From: Octopus vulgaris
Lineage: Eukaryota
Assembly: GCA_951406725.2 (NCBI GenBank)
Contig: OX597818.1
Coordinates: 16,678,001-16,742,000 of the forward strand
DNA: 64,000 nucleotides
Direction: 5' to 3'
Shown: positions 13,555 to 24,539 of the stretch, piece by piece
How the letters are laid out: each line of letters starts with the position of its first letter
How positions within the stretch are numbered: position 1 is the first letter of the stretch
Translations under genes and position numbers: made by a program
The notes under the pieces: model-generated
What the model saw: only the letters and a program-made list of their open reading frames with translations
Told to the model about the DNA's origin: nothing
Databases searched by the model: none

Positions 13555-13717
13555 GGCGCAGGAGTGGCTGTATGGTAAGTAGATTGCTTATCAACCACAT
13601 GGTTTCAGGTTCAGTCCCACTGCGTGGCACCTTGAGCAAGTATCTTCTGCTATAGCCTTGGGCTGACAAAAGCCTTGTGAGTGTATTTGGTAGATGGAAA
13701 CTGAAAGAAGCCTGTCG

Positions 13718-13750
<33 letters not shown>

Positions 13751-13950
13751 TTATGTATCTGTGTTTGTCCCTCCAACATCGCTTGACAACCGATGCCCGT
13801 AACTTAGCGGTTCAGCCAAAGAGACTGATAGAATAAGTACTAGGCTTGCAAAGAATAAGTCCTAGGGTCGATTTAATTCGACTAAAGGCGGTGCTCCAGC
13901 ATGGCTGCAGTCAAATGACTGAAACAAGTAAAAGAATAAAAGAAAAGAAA
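13555..13950 (+). mobile_element. Full-length tRNA-derived SINE family A (CORE-like)
   Basis: A-box-like tggctgtatggt, B-box-like ggttcagtccc, ccttgagcaagtatcttct core, central (TA)(TG) microsatellite and an A-rich tail. Confidence 0.85.
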
Positions 13951-13959
13951 ATCCATTGA

Positions 13960-14430
13960 GCATGCTTGCTTCCTTTCGGTTTAGTCTTCACAAATTTACT
14001 GAATCCAAGACCCAGTTTTCATCAACATGCAGCATCACACTTTCTACAGAAGCATTGTACAGCCTACTGAGTACTCTGGTGGAGAAACCATTTGTTACCA
14101 GTGAAGTTAATAGCTTCTTGAATATTTTCCATCCTGTTCTTACTCTGACTACTAATCTCTGAGAACACTGACCTCCACAGCTAATTTGGTCTTCTTGGTA
14201 ACAGAAGTTACCAACTTCATTTACAGAGCTTTCCAGGTATTTGAGCAAGTTTTTATGATGTGTGCTCTTACTGTTTACTGCTGCTGTGTATCAGATACAT
14301 ACAGTTCTATCTTTATTCACCTTACTGTCATCTCACTACACCTCTTGTACTTCCATGAGAGTACACTGGGCATACTGTATGGTATTTCTATCTACTTCCT
14401 TTCTGCATACTGAGTCAGACCTAATATATA
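13960..14430 (-). pseudogene. Decayed RTE-clade LINE reverse-transcriptase C-terminal fragment
   Basis: ORF 13988-14248: ...NFCY..ISCGGQC....RVRTGWKIFKKL...LSRLYNASVESVMLHVDENW resembles the RTE post-RT pattern F.YLG...R...AW..F..L...K..LY...V..V.LYG.E.W. Confidence 0.65.
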
Positions 14431-14435
14431 TATAT

Positions 14436-15042
14436 TAGAGACCGAGACCTATGGAAGTATGCTGTGCGTGAGAAGACCCGGCAAGACTAGTGAAGCCATA
14501 ATCCGTGGCCCCTACCTGGGACATAGTCAGTCCACCTGTGCATACCTTCCTTCTTGTGACACTTGTGAAGACCTGTTGAGGCAAGTGAGAATCGAATCAA
14601 ATCAAATCAAATCGAACCAAATCAAAATAGATGAACATCAATGGAATTTGTATCCTTGTGGTACCAGTGCCGGCGGCACATAAGAAAACCATCCGAACGT
14701 GACCGTAGCCAGTACCGCAACGACTGGCCTCCGTGCTGAGGGCACGTAACAAACACCATCCGAGCGTGGCCGTCCGCCAGCCTCGTCTGGCACCTGTGTC
14801 GGTGACACATAAGAAAACACCATCCGAGCATGGCCGTCTGCCAGCCTCGTCTGGCACCTGTGTCGGTGGCACATAAAATCACCCACTACACTCTCGGAGT
14901 GGTTGGCATTAGGAAGGGCATCCAGCTGTAGAAACACTGCCAGATCTGACTGGCCTGGTGCAGCCTTCGGGCTTGCCAGACCCCAGTTGAACCGTCCAAC
15001 CCATGCTAGCATGGAAAGTGGACGTTAAACGATGATGATGAT
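14436..15042 (+). mobile_element. 3' end of an RTE-like LINE (ORF end plus 3' UTR), young and CpG-rich
   Basis: ORF tail ..DRDLWKYAVREKTRQD*; 3' UTR with tandem ~64-bp units at 14670-14880; terminal catggaaagtggacgttaaac(gat)n. Confidence 0.65.
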
Positions 15043-15047
15043 ATAAT

Positions 15048-15333
15048 AATTGCAGCGTGGAAGGTGTTTATAAGCCATTTAAGAAACACACAATTTAATT
15101 TGTCAAAATATTTTCATCGCTTTGAAACCGCGACAGCACAAAGTTTTGTCAGTGAACAGGTCGCAGTCTCAAAGCGACAAAAATATTTTGACAAATTAAA
15201 TTTAAATGTTGAAGTGAATCTAACGGTTTTGTGTGTTTCTTAAATGGCTTATAAACACCTTCCATGCTGCAATTGTTTTCTTTCCAGCACACGATCTCAG
15301 ATCAAGTCACTTGCTATGCAAGTACATCTCCGT
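15048..15333. repeat. Foldback of a Penelope-like pLTR-type repeat
   Basis: 15048-15134 is an inverted, internally deleted copy of 15160-15274. It contains a hammerhead-like motif and is flanked by TA-rich DNA. Confidence 0.7.
15145..15195 (+). ncRNA. Minimal type I hammerhead-like motif with G3/C8 core swap (degenerate copy)
   Basis: TTTGTCA-GTGAACA-G-GTCGC-loop-GCGAC-aAAA-ATATTT-TGACAAA: stems I and II pair and stem III is palindromic. G12 is A in this arm but G in the inverted arm. Confidence 0.5.
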
Positions 15334-15418
15334 AATATATATATATATATATATATATATAATGTGTGTCTGTTAGTTTATGTATACACATACACAAAGT
15401 ATAAACTGTCTAAAATGT

Positions 15419-15453
<35 letters not shown>

Positions 15454-18400
15454 TTGTATATCTGACATTTTAAACAAACATTTTGAAAATATCTTCACTG
15501 ATTTATTTTACTCTTGTTTTATTTTTTGCTGTGTCTTACCATGTCTTTTCATTCCAAATAATTTTATCAATATAGAATGTTCTAAACCTTGGAAAGCTAG
15601 TCTTCTAACCAATTATCTTTTAAGCTGCTCTTTCCCCTGTGGTTAGAAAAGTATTAAAAATTGTCTTTATTTATTGTTTGAATTAAAAATAAACAAAACA
15701 CAAGTAAACAAAAACAAACAAAAAAGAATGCAATAAACCAGCTTCAAATTATTTTTGTTTTATGAATGAATTCTTGGTCAGTCTAACCTTTTCTATAGTA
15801 TTCAGATAAAGCAGAGTATAATTTTGGAACTGACTATCTTCATTGATGAAGAGCAGGCTACACTGAGTGGTTTGTAGTTCAGCTAATCAATAAATTGATT
15901 TTTCTTTTCCCCCATTTATGCTAGTGTCTACTAACAGAATTGTTTTAATGTTTCTCTGCTGAGCAGTTCTTGGAGGAAGATTTATATAAATATTGCTGTT
16001 TCCATAAGGACCCTTGATTTTAAAATAGGGTCAGTTATTTTTAGTTGATATTTTGTTTTTTTAGTAGTTAAAAAAAAAAAAAAAACTTTTTGAAATAAAA
16101 GAATAAAAAAAAGTTTCTTGATAGTTTGACTAAGTGTGGTGGTGGTGGTGGTGATGATGGTATTTGTTATAATCATAGGGGACTGAATGTTTCTGTTTCT
16201 TTATTGTCCTATTTAGGAATAAAAATTGCTACTTTTCAGCCAACAAATTGTGTTTGGCCTTCTGGTATGAGGAAATGATGATGCTGTTTGTAGTCTATGG
16301 TGATAATAATAAGTGACAATGGTGTTGGTGAGGGATGATCATGCAGTTTTAAGATGATATTCAGTTTAATGTTGAAATAGGTAAAAATAAAAAGAAAAAA
16401 GGCATGCACACACACATACACAGACACATGTAAATTTTGAAACTAATGTGAAAAACATGCACATGGCTGGAAGTAAATAATGAGAACAGTTAGTTTTGTA
16501 TGTCAGAGTTATGTATATGCTGGTGATGAAGACATTTCCAGGTTTGTGTGGAAAGTGTTACTTGTATATCATATAACATTTGTGTAACATTTGTAGAATT
16601 AATTTTGTCAACTTAATAGCTGGTGGTAGCACTAAATGCTAATAGTTGCAGTTCTTTTTTGAAATGTCCCTCATTTTATACTTTATCCCAGTTTCTCTTC
16701 TGCTGTTACAATATGTTGAATAGGAACAGTTGGAATATCAGCTTTATTTTTATTTATTTATTTTTTACTGGTTCACTAAGTCATCTTTAATAAAGAGCAT
16801 AATGTTAGTTGACAATTTGCTTAATGTACATTCAGAAGGCTTCAGTGGTTTGTATTCCACCTTTTGCTTATACTTGCTTAGTTGATTTCAGATATACTTG
16901 AGACCATTGTTGCTTGTTGGCAATAAAGTTAAACTGTAGATGTTTGGACAAGTGATCATATCAAGATCTGCAGTGGGGACCTTGATTTCTATAGAGGGTT
17001 GGATTAATAACAATGTAAAGTAAAAAATGTCCAAATTTGTGAAAACCCATACTGCTCATCATTATCCATCATCTGGTTGACTGACTTGCCTGGACCAGTA
17101 CAATTCTTCCATTACAGATGTTCCAATCAAGTGATGCAGCATGAACGTCTGGCTTGGGTCTTAGTCACATTGGTCTTTCAGTAGCTGGAATATCTCATCC
17201 GTGCATACCACGACTACAGACAATAGCAGTAGTTCAGTAACTGAACTGGTTGATCCTGACTGTTCAGTTTGCTGTCTATTCTTCCACTCAGCATCTAGTG
17301 ATATTCACTATTGATTCAATAAAATTCATTTGCCAAAATAGTTCACATCTACTGAACTGCATTCCATGATTTCGACATATCTTGGGAACCAAAACTAGCA
17401 AAGTATTAGGGTCCTTGCCAGTTTGTTAATGTGTAACCACCACCTGTGTGACACTGTCTCTTTAAAAAAAAAAAAAGCACAATTTGCAAAGGCCCATTCC
17501 CTTTAGCTGTAAAAAGGTACCATAGAAGTTGTATTTAAGTGGAAAATGTTTTGTTCATTGCAGTTCTCACTACTACACTTCTATTATAAAAGATAAGCAC
17601 TATGTCAAGATGCCATGCCTTACATATATTATATGAAGGCAGGTTTCACTGTTACTCTAATAATTTGATGGAGTATGTGCCTCCTAGATTCTATTTTGCA
17701 AAGATATTACAATGTATAGATGATGAAGCTAACTATAGTAAGCAAAGATTCACTCTATAAGTCTGTTGTTACTGTCTTGTGATCCTGGTGACTGAAAATC
17801 AATAAAAACTACTAGAGTTTAGTTTTAGTCTATAGTTATCACTCACTGATTCCAGGATTCTATTGTGAGCATTTCATTGTGTATATGAGCACTTTATTCT
17901 ACATGCTAAACGGTTGGCGCTTTGGTCTCTTATTAGCTGCTCTGAAACTGGAGGTACTTAGCTTTGGTTTTGCTAAGCAGATAAATCTACTTCTTGGATG
18001 CTAGAGTATCACATATGTTTTCCCAGATGGCCTGGTGACTTCTCCATTTCGTAAATGAACTGAAGCATGTAGAATTAAGAATTAACTGTTGAAATACATG
18101 ATTAAATACCTGCAGTAGATTTGAAGTTAAGGTTCAAATCTAAGTAGTTCATTTCATTTGAACATTTACTTGGATGAAATTTACCATATCTGTATTCTTG
18201 CAGACCTGACTGCTGTGGTCTGTGCATTCTAAAACTTTTTTCTTTTTCAATTCTATAATTTTTTATGTTGCATTAATCTCTAAAGCCCTGTAACAAACAC
18301 GTGAAACCCACCCACCCCACTTCACTATTTTGATACTTTATTACATAAATCTCTTTTTTTCTCTTCATACTTTAGGTGTAAACTTAGGTCTGTCAGTATA

Positions 18401-18915
18401 TGTTCTTTTCAGTCAAAATGTGATAGTGAGGAAGAGGAGCAAGCTTGTGAAGATTTACTTCAGTTCCAAATTTGTTGATTAACATTGTAGATATAAAATT
18501 GAGTACTGTTGTACTTGAATTTGAATCTGGTTTAGAACTGATCGAGGTAATGGTGAGGGAAGCTAAGTAAGTACAACTACAGTAATTTGAAATGGGGAAA
18601 TTGCCAGGTTTTATATTTCTCTGAAACTGTTGGTTGCCCCATGTCAAGTTGACAAAAATAGCTGTGTCATTTGGTCTCTCTCTCTGTGTCTCAGCTCACT
18701 TTACATTTTAATCAGCCCTTCACTCTCCGTTAACCTCTACTTTTTACCTTCCCCTCTGGTGCCTCTCCTATTTCTTCACTCAGAAGGAAGGTCTTATTGT
18801 GTATGCATGTGCAAGTTTGTGTATTTATGCGGTGCTGAGAGTGTTTACGTTATGAGTGAAGTCATTCGTTGTTAAATAAATTAACAGTGAAATAGAGAAT
18901 TATGAATGTTTAGAT

Positions 18916-19338
18916 TAGTGGTTCATAAACCACTGATCTAAATATTCATTTCTAAATCGGTGGTATGCTGCAACACACTGGTGTCTCACAATGTATAGTT
19001 AGATGCACCACAAAAATAATAAAATTATATTAAAAGAATATGAAAGCTACAAACTAAATATGAATATAAAATTTTAATACAAAATATAAATGTTGCAACT
19101 AAACTAAATTCAGACTAGGAGAATGGGGAAGTAATACGTATCATCTTGTTCTTTTACAGCTATTTGAATAAAAATGTACTAATTAGTTTTCAGTAGTTTC
19201 AAATTATTTATATTTAAATTGATAAAATATATAAATACATTTTCACTATATCTTTTGGCTTAGCGAACAAATTGCACCAACATATTTTTATTTATTTTTA
19301 AGTGCCACATAAGTAAAAAAAATGTTTTGGAACTACTG
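18916..19338. mobile_element. hAT (Charlie/Buster-like) MITE
   Basis: TIR-like tagtggttc / gaactactg; perfect 8-bp TSD gtttagat at 18908-18915 and 19339-19346. Confidence 0.8.
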
Positions 19339-20357
19339 GTTTAGATAAAACAGAAACGTGAAAATGATTTTACTTCATTTATACGATCTGTCGCTGTCTC
19401 TTGCATGGGCAGGCAGGCTGTCTCCTGAAAAGTCACACAAACTGCTTCCTGTACAGTCATACAAACTGCTTCCTGCACGTCTCCTGCATGTTGTGCAACT
19501 GTATATTTATCTGCACTAAATTAGTCTTCGGAATACTATTTTATAACATAAAAGAGAATATATCTGTTCATCCATGTTAGATTGTTCCATGTACATATTC
19601 AAATAGCGTCCAGCTTAGGCTGAAGCTGTGTGTGTAGTATTTCTATTTGACTGCAGTAAGTTTCCAGAACACTCTTTTAAGATATTAGTCACCCCACATA
19701 AAAAAAAACAAAACAAAAACCTACCCATTTGATCCATATTAGATTGGGTGGTCCTGATGATTTTACTGCAACTGAACAACTCAGATGTGAAGCAGAAGTG
19801 GAGCTTGTTTTCAGATGAGCAGATTGAAACGTGTCGAGTTTAATTAGAACAGATGTCCACATCTAGATGATTGATTGTTGAGCTTTGATGTAAATCATCA
19901 TGCTGGATATTTTGTATATTTAAACGTTCAATGGCTGCAACAAAAGAGTTGACCAGGGAAGCTCAAAGATAACAATAAAGCAATTTAGTGCCATTGTCTT
20001 ACAATAAATGTTTCCCAAGTCCCAAGAGGATATTAAGAATTATTATTTCCTTCCTGCTGATGTGAGATGTGCTGAAAACCATTGCAGTTACACATGTCTG
20101 GGATATCTAACCCCTTTGCTTACTAGTTCAATGAATAGTTTGTTCAGTTGATTAACCAACTGGATGCTCATACATTGAAATCAGCTGTGGGGTTCATCAT
20201 ATGTACCACACTTTGTTAATTAATTATTTTGAACCTTTGTTAATTGATTATTTTGAAATAATTAGTTTCCAAAATCTCAAAGTTGTTGAGGAACAGGAGA
20301 AAATATACTCAATACAAAGTGTAGAATGCAACTATATTTATTCAACTATTTATTAAA

Positions 20358-20585
20358 GGCGGCGAGCTGGCAGAGTCGTCAGCACGCCGGGCGAAATGCG
20401 TAGCCGTATTTCGTCTGCCGTTACGTTCTGTGTTCAAATTCCGCCGAGGTCGACTTCGCCTTTCATCCTTTCGGGGTCGATAAATTAAGTACCAGTTACG
20501 CACTGGGGTCGATATAATCGACTTAATCCGTTTGTCTGTCCTTGTTTGTCCCCTCTGTGTTTAGCCCCTTGTGGGTAGTAAAGAT
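20358..20585 (+). mobile_element. tRNA-derived SINE with Meta-domain-like core (young, CpG-rich)
   Basis: A box tggcagagtcgt, B box gttcaaattcc, central gcctttcatcctttcggggtcgataaattaagtaccag; flanking direct repeat tatatttattcaact at 20333-20347 and 20589-20603. Confidence 0.85.
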
Positions 20586-21745
20586 ATATATATTTATTCA
20601 ACTGTTTAAACATGGTTGCCCTTGCATACAAGCTTGTCCCTTGCAACGCTCTACAGCTGCTGAGAATCCCTGATCTTGTGGGCTCGTAAGTGCTGGTACC
20701 ATGTAAAAAGCACCTGTACCAGTGCTGCGTAAAAGCACCCAGTACACTCTGTAAAGTGGTTGGTGCTAGGAAGAGCATCTAGCCATAGAAACCATGCCAA
20801 AACAGACATGGAGCCTGATGATGATGATTATGTGCGTGCGTGCATGAGGATCACTATCATACAAGTGATGTTCATTTTCAGTCTTCTGTGAAAAACATGT
20901 CTAGCCAAGGGGAAATGTTACCTTGCTTGTAAACAGATGTGGCTTAGCAACAGGAAGGGCATCTGGGTATAGAAAATCTACCCCCACAAATTCTGCCTCA
21001 CCCATGCAGTCATAAAAATGTGAACACTTTAAAATGATGATTCACACTACAACATGGAGTATCGGAATTACTCTATCAGCTCTGACAGAAATCAATGATT
21101 ATAAATCAGTAATTACTGCCTGAGCCAATCCAAAAATCATGAAACTCAGAGTTGCAGCTTAAGGATCAGTGAAAACACACACACACACACTTCACTTCTC
21201 CAACAGCTAGTATTATTAACCTGTTATAATGTTAGAGCCAACAGTGCTGAGAAGCAGACATCTTATCCATTTGACCTTTCTGACTTTTCAGCTGCCAAAA
21301 CTAATTACAAAGATCCTAATCAAATTGTTCCCATTTTATTGTTTTCAACCTAAACCTCTTTGTTCACACACATGCATGCTCTCTCTTTTCCCAATTCTCT
21401 CTCCCCCTCTCTCTTGGTTGCAGGCTAGCAACAGTTTCTCTCAAATCCACTCCTCCCTCATTTCTAGCACCTGTGTGTCCTTCCCCCCTCCTACAGTTAC
21501 AGCTGCTCTTGTAGCAGGTGAGAAAGGCTGAGAATTAACCTGTCAACTATGATAGTATTTCAAACAGCTTATCCCTGGTCTCTTGTGACACATCTCAGCA
21601 GCCTAATCCACTCTCCCCAAACAGGCAGGAGATACAATATAATCAGACTTCCATCAAAAATAAACTGGTGTTTGTTTCTTATTTGTTACAAATCCTATAC
21701 GTTCATTTTTGTGGTGCTTTATATATTGTTTTTAAGTGTCTTTAT

Positions 21746-21776
<31 letters not shown>

Positions 21777-22229
21777 TTGGACATGCAGGTATCTGTAAAT
21801 GGAGAGATTGAGTCATAAATATGATCAGTTGTACAAGCACTTAAACATATTCAACATCATCATCACTTAACGACTGTTTTCCATGCTGGCATGGGTTTGA
21901 TGGCTTGACAGGAACTGGCAGGCCAAGGGCCTCACCAGGTTCCATAGTCTGTTTTGGCTTGGCTTCTATGGCTGGATGCTCTTCCTAAAGCCAAACAGAG
22001 TGTTATTGGGTGCTTTTTATGTGGCACCATCACCAGTGCTTTTTACATGGTACCAGCACTCACACCGATGCTTTTTACGTGACACCTTGGTTTTAGGATC
22101 TCAGTTCTGCTGTGGAGGGCAGTTCATTCCATCATTCATTTTACATGCATTTTCTCATGCTAGTATGGATTAGTTGAATGCATATTATTGTTTTTACAGC
22201 CAGAGATATCCTTCCTGTTGTCAACTCAT

Positions 22230-22556
22230 ACCTGGGACAAGAACGCAAAACATCCGGACAACTAGGTGATACAAAACTGGGACAACAAAACATCCAGATA
22301 GACAATACAAAGAAAACAAGGATGGATCATTCGAAGTTTTCTTTCCTCAGTCAAGCACCAGATTATCCTTGCAATTTCGACTGATTATACTTGAGATTGC
22401 TCCAATCTGGCCAATCCCTAGGAAAAACTAAGCTAAAAGTATTTGATTCCTTGGAAGAAAGCAGCGAATGTATACAAAAACAAGGACAGAAAAAAATGGA
22501 CGTTACACAAATAAAATAAAAATAATAACAGGACATAACAACAGGTCTCTTTTGAC
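22230..22556. repeat. Unclassified interspersed repeat, possibly Penelope pLTR-like
   Basis: Internal duplication ctgggacaa..caaaacatcc twice; abuts a (CA)n tract; composition differs from the flanks. Confidence 0.3.
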
Positions 22557-23704
22557 TAACACACACACACACACACAGACACACATTCTCCTGTTAGTCT
22601 CAAAGTATAAGGGTCTCATGGTCAATAGCTGTTAGATTACTCACACACAATTGTTTCCAGTGGTGAAGGCTTTTGTAGGACCAGCCATACTCTTTGGAAA
22701 TGGTGATAACAGATATATACATACAATAATTTTATCGGAGCACTAACTCTGGGGTTTACCATACATGCATGCATTCATACATGCGTGTGTGCACTGGAGC
22801 ACACATAAGAAAATATGCAAATAAATATATATATATATACACACACACATGAATTTGTATGGGTATGAAAATGCAATGCAAATGTATACATAGTATATCC
22901 TCAGGTTGATATGGTGTCTATATATTTGCAGTCTCAGTTTATAAACAAGGTATATAATGAAGTAACACACACACACACCTAGAGAAAAGTCAGTGTGGCC
23001 AGTTACAATAATACTTGAAACTGATTGGGTAGGAGAGTTTGAGGTGAGTCATAGCATTGCTCTTTTGACTGACTTTACTATGTAAATGTTATACATGTTT
23101 CTCTGCCTGATTCTCCCTCTCCCTCTCTCAATTCTTCCCCTTCTCTTCTCCACACCTCCTGCCTAGCTTTTGTTTCATATGCTTTGTTGTTCCAATCTAG
23201 CTGAATGCTAGACATCATCACAATCACCATAACCATCAGCTTCATCAAATACATTGACCACCTCCATTAAATCCCTCTGAGATCCTACAGGCTGCTAGAG
23301 CTATCAATAATGGATTTTATTTTCTCTCATATTAGCTACCATGTAGTATGAGGTTTTCTTTCCTTTTTTTGTAAAATTTTTATAAGGGATAAGGTGTGGC
23401 TAAAGATTTCTGTGATGTTCATGTCTCTCCTAAAGGTATTGGTAATACAAGTCTAATGATTTCCTCTGAGAATTTAGACCAGATGAAAACTTAACCCTAC
23501 TATAAATAATAGCTAATTCTCCCTCAAATCACAGACTAACATTAAAAAATATATATTCAGAGAATAACATCTTTGATTATAGGTCTGCTTGATCAAGGCT
23601 GGCTAAGGACTAAACAACAGCAAGAACAACAATTGGATGATGAAAATAATGAGGAGAGTAATTTTAAATTTCAGTTGTCTGAGCTGGTTACCTAAACGTT
23701 TTAT

Positions 23705-24455
23705 CACAATGAAGGGTAAAGATCCAGAAACCATGGTCTACTGGTTTTCCAGGCTGGAGGGGAGTGATTCACCCCCTTACTCTCAATATATCGGACACAG
23801 GTTTTGTGTTGTTAACCAGCTGGAAAAAACGTTTTCCTGGGGTTAAAATGTAGTAACATACTTCTTTATAGGACAACCATGTTATAGTGGGACCTCCCCC
23901 CTAAAAAAAAAAAAACCCCAACAAAATGTTACCATCTAATATTGCCACTACTTATATCTCATTTAGAGATTTTAGAACTAGCCATTTTGCTCATTATAAA
24001 CAACAAAATGGTAGTAACATAGTTCTGTATTGAATAGCCATGTTGAAGTAGCAACCAACATTACTTTTCAGTATTATCACTACTTACATCTCTTATAGAG
24101 ATTTTAGAACTGGCTACTTTGCTTGTTGCCAAATCAGCAGCTGAATATCACTTGTATTTCTATATATTGCGAGCTAGGATGAATGACTGCCATGTCTAGC
24201 AAACAGGTGTCCAGTACTGATAAAGGGAAATACCCTGAAATCAGACTGCTATACTGGTTTATCACCACTAGATGGTAGGGGTTCGCTCCCCTGCTCACAA
24301 TATGTCGGACATAGGTTGTGTCTTTAACCAGTTGGAGATGTCCTCCTGGGGTTAAAAAAATAGTAGTAACATAGTTCTGTATGTAACAGCCATGTTGAAG
24401 TGGCAACTAGCATTACTTTTACTACTTATATCTCTTATAGAGATTTTAGAACTAT
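23705..24455 (+). repeat. Tandem hammerhead-bearing repeat (units ~23705-23985, partial 24008-24115, 24190-24455)
   Basis: Repeated blocks tagtaacata...gccatgttgaagt...tctcttatagagattttagaact; homologous to 62896-63175. Confidence 0.8.
24211..24257 (+). ncRNA. Type I hammerhead-ribozyme-like motif (G8->A variant)
   Basis: CCAGTA-CTGATAA-AGGG-aaata-CCCT-GAAA-tcagactgcTA-TACTGG. The sister unit at 23709-23744 keeps ATGA and GAAAC-CATG-GTC-TACTGG. Confidence 0.65.
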
Positions 24456-24539
24456 CTACTTTACTTATATATACACAATAGTAGATGCATAAATACACAT
24501 ATAGAGACTAATGTATAAACTTACACATATATACCATAA

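Noticed and set aside
14670-14880. CRISPR-like repeat array
   Set aside because: Eukaryotic context, no unique spacers and no cas genes; it is a LINE 3' UTR minisatellite.
16800-17720. Possible very old CR1-like LINE remnant (..FHCYSNNLMEYVPP..)
   Set aside because: Too degenerate; no RT motifs recognisable by eye.
19431-19478. 24-bp direct duplication agtca.acaaactgcttcctg.ac
   Set aside because: A simple local tandem duplication with no further structure.
20358-20450. tRNA gene
   Set aside because: A/B boxes belong to multi-copy SINE heads; no proper cloverleaf or acceptor stem.
22329-22352. Minus-strand CTGAGGA-AAG-aaaa-CTT-CGAAT hammerhead-like string
   Set aside because: GAAA is GAAT and there is no convincing stem I or III.
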